Below are positions 58,186-64,000 of a stretch of 64,000 nt of DNA, piece after piece (positions within the stretch are counted from its first letter, which is position 1; each line of letters starts with the position of its first letter). This DNA comes from an uncultured Acidimicrobiia bacterium (GTDB lineage: Bacteria > Actinomycetota > Acidimicrobiia > Spongiisociales > Spongiisociaceae). The stretch spans positions 1,770,548-1,834,547 of the forward strand of contig OY282370.1 of the NCBI GenBank assembly GCA_958295745.1, given 5' to 3'. Under the pieces are notes generated by a model, which saw only the letters and a list, made by a program, of their open reading frames with translations, was not told where the DNA came from and did not search any database. The translations under genes and the position numbers were made by a program.

Positions 58186-58752
58186 ATGACCTTCTCCGAC
58201 TGGCTGGCCGAACCCGTCAACTGGGCCTTCCTGGCCTTGGCGTTGCCTATGACGGTGGCCGCCGTGCGGGTGGTGACCAGCCGCAACGTGGTGCATGCCG
58301 CCCTGTTCCTGGTGCTTACCCTGGCCGCCTCCGCCGGTCTGTTCATCCTGTTGTCCGCCGAGTTCGTTGCCTGGGTGCTGGTACTGGTCTACATCGGGGC
58401 GGTGATCGTGCTGTTCCTGTTCGGCATCATGATCACCCGGGCGCCTATCGGGAGGGAGACCGACCTCAGCCATGCCGGCCGGTGGCCGGCCGCCCTGGCC
58501 TCCCTGGCGGTGCTGGCCCTCACGCTGTGGCTGATCACGGCGGTCTCCGGCCAGGTCGAGGGCTTCGACGGCCCTCTCCCCGCGGTGGGCGTCGCCACCG
58601 ACTCCGCCATCCTCGGGGAGGGCTTCATCATGCGGTACCTGATCCCGTTCGAGGCGGTGGGGTTCATTCTGCTGGCCGCCTTGATCGGCGGCATCACCCT
58701 GGCGCGCAAGGACCTCACGCCGGCCGAGGAAGAAGAGGCGGAGCGGGTATGA
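58186..58752 (+). CDS. nuoJ: Complex I subunit J
   Basis: [17 protein letters not shown]. Confidence 0.93.
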   Translation: MTFSDWLAEPVNWAFLALALPMTVAAVRVVTSRNVVHAALFLVLTLAASAGLFILLSAEFVAWVLVLVYIGAVIVLFLFGIMITRAPIGRETDLSHAGRWPAALASLAVLALTLWLITAVSGQVEGFDGPLPAVGVATDSAILGEGFIMRYLIPFEAVGFILLAALIGGITLARKDLTPAEEEEAERV

Positions 58753-58810
58753 CACGGGGCTTTGCCGGGGTGTCGGGCGATGGGGGCCCGGCCGTGATCG
58801 GGGGCCGGCC

Positions 58811-59116
58811 GTGATCCTCACCCAGTTCCTGGTGCTCGGAGCGGTGCTGTTCTCCCTCGGCATCTACGGGCTGCTGTCCCGCCGCAACGCGGTCACCGTC
58901 CTGCTGGCGGTGGAGCTGATGCTGGCGGCGGTCAACATCAACTTGGTGGCCTTCGAGGCCTTCTGGAACACGCCCGCCGCCCACGGCCAGATCTTCGCCA
59001 TCTTCGTCATCACCATCGCCGCCGCCGAGGTGGGCATCGGCCTGGCCATCATCCTGCTGGTGTTCCGCAACCGGGCTTCGGGCAACGTCGACGAGCTGGA
59101 CCTGCTGAAATGGTGA
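58811..59116 (+). CDS. nuoK: Complex I subunit K
   Basis: [16 protein letters not shown]. Confidence 0.95.
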   Translation: MILTQFLVLGAVLFSLGIYGLLSRRNAVTVLLAVELMLAAVNINLVAFEAFWNTPAAHGQIFAIFVITIAAAEVGIGLAIILLVFRNRASGNVDELDLLKW

Positions 59117-61176
59117 CAGCCTCCGCCGCCGCGGCCGCCCCGCTGTTCCTGGCCGCCGGGGAGGAGCACGCACCCGAGCTGGCGGCGGGCGGGTTCTTCG
59201 CCGGGGGCGCCTGGATCATGCTGGTACTTCCGTTCGCGGCGTTCCTCGGGATCGTCCTGTTCGGCAAGCGCATGCGGAAGCAGGGCGCCGAGCTGGCGGT
59301 GGGGGCGATGGGGGTCAACCTGCTGTGGGCCTCGGTGCTGTTCGTCCAGAACATGTTGGGGGGCATACACAGGGAGGTGAACCTCACCATCGCCGACATC
59401 GGGCGGCTGGGCGGCGTGGACCTGTCGTTCGAGCTGGGCTTCGTGGTGGACGGGCTGTCGATCATGATGTACTGGGTGGTGGCCTTCGTGGGCTTCCTGG
59501 TGTTCGTGTACGCGGTGGGCTACATGGAAGGGGATGTCCGGGTTCCCTGGTTCTTCGCCTCCCTGTCCCTGTTCGCCGGTTCGATGCTGGTGCTGGTGGG
59601 GGCGCCCAACCTGATCCAGCTGATCATCGGCTGGGAGGGGGTGGGCCTTGCCAGCTACCTGCTGATCGGCCACTACTGGGAGCAAAAGGAGAACAGCGAC
59701 GCCGCCGTCAAGGCCTTCCTCACCAACAAGGTGGCCGATGTGGGCCTGATCCTGGGCGCCATCCTGATCGGGGTGTCGCTGGGCGGGTTCCGGTTCTCCG
59801 ACCTGTCGAGGGCGGCGGCCGAGCACAGCCATGCGCTCGAAGGGGTGGCCTTCGCCGGAGGGCTGCTGCTGTTCCTGGGGGCGATGGGCAAGTCGGCCCA
59901 GTTCCCGCTGCATGTCTGGCTGCCGGACGCCATGGCCGGCCCCACCCCGGTCTCGGCCCTCATGCACGCCGCCACGATGGTCACCGCCGGCATCTACCTG
60001 ATGGCCCGCACCTTCCCGCTCTACCAGAACCTGGCCGCCGAGGCCCGTCAGTGGATGATCCCGATCGCGGTGATCACCCTGTTCGTGCTGGGGTTCTTGG
60101 CGCTGACGGCCAACGACCTCAAGCAGGTGCTGGCCTATTCGACCGTCTCGCAGCTGGGCTACATGATGGCGGCGGTGGCGGCGGGCGGATACACGGCCGG
60201 GCTGTTCCACCTGTTCACCCACGCCTTCTTCAAGGCCCTGCTGTTCCTCGGGGCCGGATCGGTCATCCATGCGGTCCATTCCAACAACATGAGCGACATG
60301 GGGGGCCTGCGCCGCAAGATGCCGGTCACCTTCTGGACCTTCGTGGTCGGTTCTCTGGCGCTGGCCGGGGTGATCCCCCTGGCCGGGTTCTGGTCGAAGG
60401 ACGAGATACTGGCCACTCTGAGCCACGAGGGTTACACCGCGTTCATGTGGGTGGCCGTGGCCGGGGCTTTCGTGACCGCCTTCTACATGACCCGGGCGGT
60501 GGCCCTCACCTTCTTCGGGACGTATAAGGGGCATGGCCATCCGCACGAGTCCCCCCGGATGATGACCGGGCCGCTGGTGGCGCTGGCGGTTCCCACCGTC
60601 ATCGCCGGTTTCTTCAACATCCCCGGCGTGTCGTGGGGTCCGATCGGCAACTTCACCGAATGGGTGGGGGCCCGGGTGGTGACGATGGGGGACTACCACC
60701 CGTCGGCCATCGAATGGGATCTGGCCGCCTACGGACTGGCGGCGGCGCTGGCCGGCATCGCCCTGGGCTGGTGGCTGTTCTCGCCGGAGGCCGAGACCCA
60801 GGCGGCCCGGGACCGGCTGGAGATACCGGTGCTGTACCCCCTCCTGCGCCGCAAGTACTACATCGACCACCTGTACATGCATGGGGTGGTGAACCCGATA
60901 AAAGGCCCCCTGGCCAGGGGGGTGGATTGGGTGAACGGCCATGTGATCGATGCGGCGGTCAACGGGGTCGGTTTGCTCACCGCCTGGCTGGGCCGTCTGG
61001 TCTACGGGCGCCTCGATCAGCAGGGCATCGACTTGGTGCTGAACGCCGCGGCGGGGGGCGCCGGAGGGGCGGGGGGCCGCCTCCGGTTGCTGCAGAGCGG
61101 CAAGGTGCAGCAGTATGCGGGCGGGTTCGTGGTGGGGGCGTTGGTGTTGGTAGCCGTGCTGGTGATCGTTACCTAG
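59110..61176 (+). CDS. nuoL: Complex I subunit L
   Basis: [32 protein letters not shown]. Confidence 0.96.
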   Translation: MVTASAAAAAPLFLAAGEEHAPELAAGGFFAGGAWIMLVLPFAAFLGIVLFGKRMRKQGAELAVGAMGVNLLWASVLFVQNMLGGIHREVNLTIADIGRLGGVDLSFELGFVVDGLSIMMYWVVAFVGFLVFVYAVGYMEGDVRVPWFFASLSLFAGSMLVLVGAPNLIQLIIGWEGVGLASYLLIGHYWEQKENSDAAVKAFLTNKVADVGLILGAILIGVSLGGFRFSDLSRAAAEHSHALEGVAFAGGLLLFLGAMGKSAQFPLHVWLPDAMAGPTPVSALMHAATMVTAGIYLMARTFPLYQNLAAEARQWMIPIAVITLFVLGFLALTANDLKQVLAYSTVSQLGYMMAAVAAGGYTAGLFHLFTHAFFKALLFLGAGSVIHAVHSNNMSDMGGLRRKMPVTFWTFVVGSLALAGVIPLAGFWSKDEILATLSHEGYTAFMWVAVAGAFVTAFYMTRAVALTFFGTYKGHGHPHESPRMMTGPLVALAVPTVIAGFFNIPGVSWGPIGNFTEWVGARVVTMGDYHPSAIEWDLAAYGLAAALAGIALGWWLFSPEAETQAARDRLEIPVLYPLLRRKYYIDHLYMHGVVNPIKGPLARGVDWVNGHVIDAAVNGVGLLTAWLGRLVYGRLDQQGIDLVLNAAAGGAGGAGGRLRLLQSGKVQQYAGGFVVGALVLVAVLVIVT

Positions 61177-61300
61177 AGGAGGGTGCTGAAACAATGACGA
61201 TTGCTCTTGTCCGTCGTTCCGGTCCTTCGCTGACCAGGGAGCTGACCAGGGATTTTGATATCGACCGGCGGGCCGCCGGTGTATTGCTCGGCGCCCTCCT
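61177..61300. mobile_element. MITE-like insertion with imperfect terminal inverted repeats
   Basis: AGGAGGGTGCTGAAACAAT ... ATTGCTCGGCGCCCTCCT, with CTAG at both ends. Confidence 0.45.
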
Positions 61301-61330
61301 AGAAGAAGACAGGCTGTATACAGGAGTCAG

Positions 61331-62920
61331 ATGATGGAGTTTTTCGACAGCGGATTGGGGCTTAGCCTCATCGTGTTCCTGCCGGCGGCGGGCGCATTGG
61401 CACTGTTCGCCTTCCCGAAAGCCAACGAGGCGGCCCAGAAGTGGACCGCCCTAGTCTTCAGCGCCGTGACCGCGCTGCTGGCCGTGATCGCGGCCGCCGT
61501 CTTCGACTACGGGGCGGCCGAGCGGTTCCAGTTCGAGGTCATGGAGAGCTGGATTCCGGCCATCGGGGCCAACTATCACATCGGGGTGGACGGGATCAGC
61601 CTCCCGCTGCTGGTGCTGTCGGCGGTGGTGACCCTCCTGGCGGTGATCTACTCGTGGGACCATTGGGAGGAGCCACGCAACGTCCGGGGGTTCCTGGCGC
61701 TGATGCTGCTGCTGGCCACCGGCATGAACGGGACGTTCGCGGCCCTCGACCTAGTGCTGTTCTTCATCTTCTTCGAGCTGGTGCTGCTGCCGATGTACTT
61801 CATGATCGGCATCTGGGGCGACGGCGCCCGCCGGCGCATCCCGGTGCTGGGCCGGACGGTGACCATGCGCCTCTACGCGTCCATCAAGTTCTTCATCTTC
61901 ACCCTGTTCGGGTCGGCGTTCATGCTGCTGGGCTTCCTGGCGCTCTACTTCCGCTCGGGTGATTTCCTCGGCGCCAACACGTTCGACATCCCGGTCCTGA
62001 TCGCCTTGGGATCCGAGAACGCCTTCGGGAGCGGGACCTTCGCCTTCCTGGTGTTCGGCGCCATGTTCCTCGGGTTCGCGGTGAAGGTTCCCATGTGGCC
62101 GTTCCACACCTGGCTGCCGGACGCCCACACCGCCGCCCCCACGGTCGGCTCGGTGCTGCTGGCGGCCATCCTGCTGAAGCTGGGTTCTTACGCCTTCCTC
62201 CGCATCTCGATTCCGGTCCTTCCCGACATGGCCCGCCAGTGGGCGCCGGCCATCGGTCTGTTGGCGGTGATCGGGATCATCTACGGCTCTTTGGCCTGCC
62301 TGGCCCAGACCGACGTGAAGCGGCTCATCGCCTTCTCGTCGGTGGGGCACATGGGCTTCGTCATGCTCGGCATCGCCACCATGACCGACGTGGGCTTCAA
62401 CGCCGCACTGATCGGGATGGTGGCCCACGGGTTGATCACCGGGCTGCTGTTCTTCATCGCCGGGTCGATGCATCACCGTTACCACACCCGGGAGATCGCC
62501 CGCCTGGGCGGCAACCAGAAGCTGATGCCCTGGATGGGCGGCATCCTGGCCTTCACCGCCATGGCCTCGCTAGGCCTGCCCGGCCTGGCGGGGTTCTGGG
62601 GCGAGTTCATGTCTCTGTTGGGGGCCTACCGCCCCCTGGCCGGCCTAAGCCTGTCCCAGTTCCAGACCTACATGGTGATCGGCGCCGTCGGCACCGTCCT
62701 GACCGCCGGATACATGCTTTGGATGCTGCAGAGGGTCAATCTCGGCGAGCCCAAGGAGGAATGGTCGGGCCGTGAATTCGCCGATATAGGTCGCTACGAG
62801 TGGCTGGCGTGGGCGCCGTTGATCGTCGCCATAGTGGCCATAGGCGTGTATCCGAGGATCGTTCTGGGGGCCACCACAGACGCGGTCGTGAACCTGGCGC
62901 GGAACGCTTTCGGAGGCTGA
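61331..62920 (+). CDS. nuoM: Complex I subunit M
   Basis: KVPMWPFHTWLPDAH and SLGLPGLAGFWGE. Confidence 0.96.
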   Translation: MMEFFDSGLGLSLIVFLPAAGALALFAFPKANEAAQKWTALVFSAVTALLAVIAAAVFDYGAAERFQFEVMESWIPAIGANYHIGVDGISLPLLVLSAVVTLLAVIYSWDHWEEPRNVRGFLALMLLLATGMNGTFAALDLVLFFIFFELVLLPMYFMIGIWGDGARRRIPVLGRTVTMRLYASIKFFIFTLFGSAFMLLGFLALYFRSGDFLGANTFDIPVLIALGSENAFGSGTFAFLVFGAMFLGFAVKVPMWPFHTWLPDAHTAAPTVGSVLLAAILLKLGSYAFLRISIPVLPDMARQWAPAIGLLAVIGIIYGSLACLAQTDVKRLIAFSSVGHMGFVMLGIATMTDVGFNAALIGMVAHGLITGLLFFIAGSMHHRYHTREIARLGGNQKLMPWMGGILAFTAMASLGLPGLAGFWGEFMSLLGAYRPLAGLSLSQFQTYMVIGAVGTVLTAGYMLWMLQRVNLGEPKEEWSGREFADIGRYEWLAWAPLIVAIVAIGVYPRIVLGATTDAVVNLARNAFGG

Positions 62921-62923
62921 TCG

Positions 62924-64000
62924 GTGGATCTCGACTACCACGCGCTGGCGCCAGAGATCGTCGTCGCGGCCACCATCCTGTTGGTGTTGGGCCTCGATGT
63001 GGCCCTGCCCCGCCGCCGCAAGTACTGGACTGCCTTCGCCGGGGTGGTGGGCCTGACCCTGGCGGCGGTCCCGCTGGTGACCCTGGCTTTGGGCGGCGGC
63101 CCCGGAGCGAGGTCGATGCTCGGAGGCGGTTACGTGGTGGACGATTTCGCCTTGGTGCTCAAGGCGGTGTTCATCGCGGGCGGTTATCTGGTGTTGTTGA
63201 TGTCCGTTTCCTATATCGAGAGCGACCGCTATTACCAGGGCGAGTACTACCTGCTGCTGCTGACCTCGATCCTCGGTTCGTTGATCATGGCGTCGTCGCG
63301 GGATCTGATCACGGTCTTCGTGGGGCTCGAGCTGGTGACCGGGCCGCTGTTCCTGCTGGCCGGCTGGCGCAAGGGCGATGCCCGTTCCAACGAGGCGTCC
63401 CTGAAGTTCTTCATCCTCGGGGTGCTCTCGACCGCCGTCCTGCTCTACGGCATGTCGTTCCTGTACGGGCTGACCGGATCGGTGACCTTTGAGGGGATCC
63501 GCACCGCCGGGGCGGGCCTGTTGGACAGCGGCGCCTTCCGCTTGGCTGTCCTCTTCACCCTGATCGGATTCGGGTTCAAGATCACGGCGGTGCCCTTCCA
63601 TTTCTGGGCCCCCGACACCTACGAGGGCGCCCCCACTCCGGTTACCGCCTATCTGTCGGTGGGATCGAAGGCCGCCGGCTTCGTGGGGCTGCTGTTGCTC
63701 TGCTACAGGGCCTTTCCTTCGGTGACCGAGATCTGGGGGCCGGCGCTGTGGGTGCTGGCGGCGCTTTCGATGACCCTCGGCAACCTGACCGCGCTGCGCC
63801 AGGACAACATCGTGCGCATGCTCGCCTATTCCTCCATCGCCCAGGGCGGCTTCATCCTGGTGCCGTTCGCGGCGGCGGCCGTGACCAACGATCCACTGGT
63901 GATCCAGGAGGCGGCCTCGGCCACCATCGTGTATGTCATCATCTACGCCTTCATGAACCTCGGGGCTTTTGCGGTGGTGATAGAGGGCGCCCGCCGCACC
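62924..64000 (+). CDS. nuoN: Complex I subunit N (runs off window end)
   Basis: Read by hand: VDLDYHALAPEI..., SNEASLKFF, FKITAVPFHFWAPDTYEGAPTP. Confidence 0.93.
   Translation, partial: MDLDYHALAPEIVVAATILLVLGLDVALPRRRKYWTAFAGVVGLTLAAVPLVTLALGGGPGARSMLGGGYVVDDFALVLKAVFIAGGYLVLLMSVSYIESDRYYQGEYYLLLLTSILGSLIMASSRDLITVFVGLELVTGPLFLLAGWRKGDARSNEASLKFFILGVLSTAVLLYGMSFLYGLTGSVTFEGIRTAGAGLLDSGAFRLAVLFTLIGFGFKITAVPFHFWAPDTYEGAPTPVTAYLSVGSKAAGFVGLLLLCYRAFPSVTEIWGPALWVLAALSMTLGNLTALRQDNIVRMLAYSSIAQGGFILVPFAAAAVTNDPLVIQEAASATIVYVIIYAFMNLGAFAVVIEGARRT

Overview
High-GC actinobacterial chromosome segment. Acidimicrobiia-like gene content is an inference. Backbone genes, in order: a NitT/TauT-type ABC permease and binding protein with a class-III aminotransferase; a tad/Flp pilus operon; a Zn-type ABC transporter; a DUF1998 helicase; lldD-like oxidase, glcB, hppA; aroC-aroKB; efp-nusB; and an 11-subunit complex I operon lacking nuoEFG. 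Several accessory blocks interrupt the backbone. The best candidate for an undescribed system is an AT-richer, translationally coupled three-gene operon at 32442-37488 (SNF2 ATPase, Hsp70 consisting only of a nucleotide-binding domain with a 4-Cys insert, and a basic Pro-rich protein with a His/Cys C-terminal domain). Other notable items: a type III-like R-M pair whose methyltransferase is frameshifted at a G11 tract; an SLH-anchored protein with six tandem Cache-like domains that vary in the pocket region; a Cys-containing leader peptide upstream of an OsmC-like gene; mini-ORFs bridging nuo genes; a decayed vapC; and a partial duplication starting at a tRNA-3'-end-like motif. No CRISPR array, rRNA, intact tRNA, integrase or transposase was recognised. 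All product calls are by motif recognition only, and start codons were chosen by eye.
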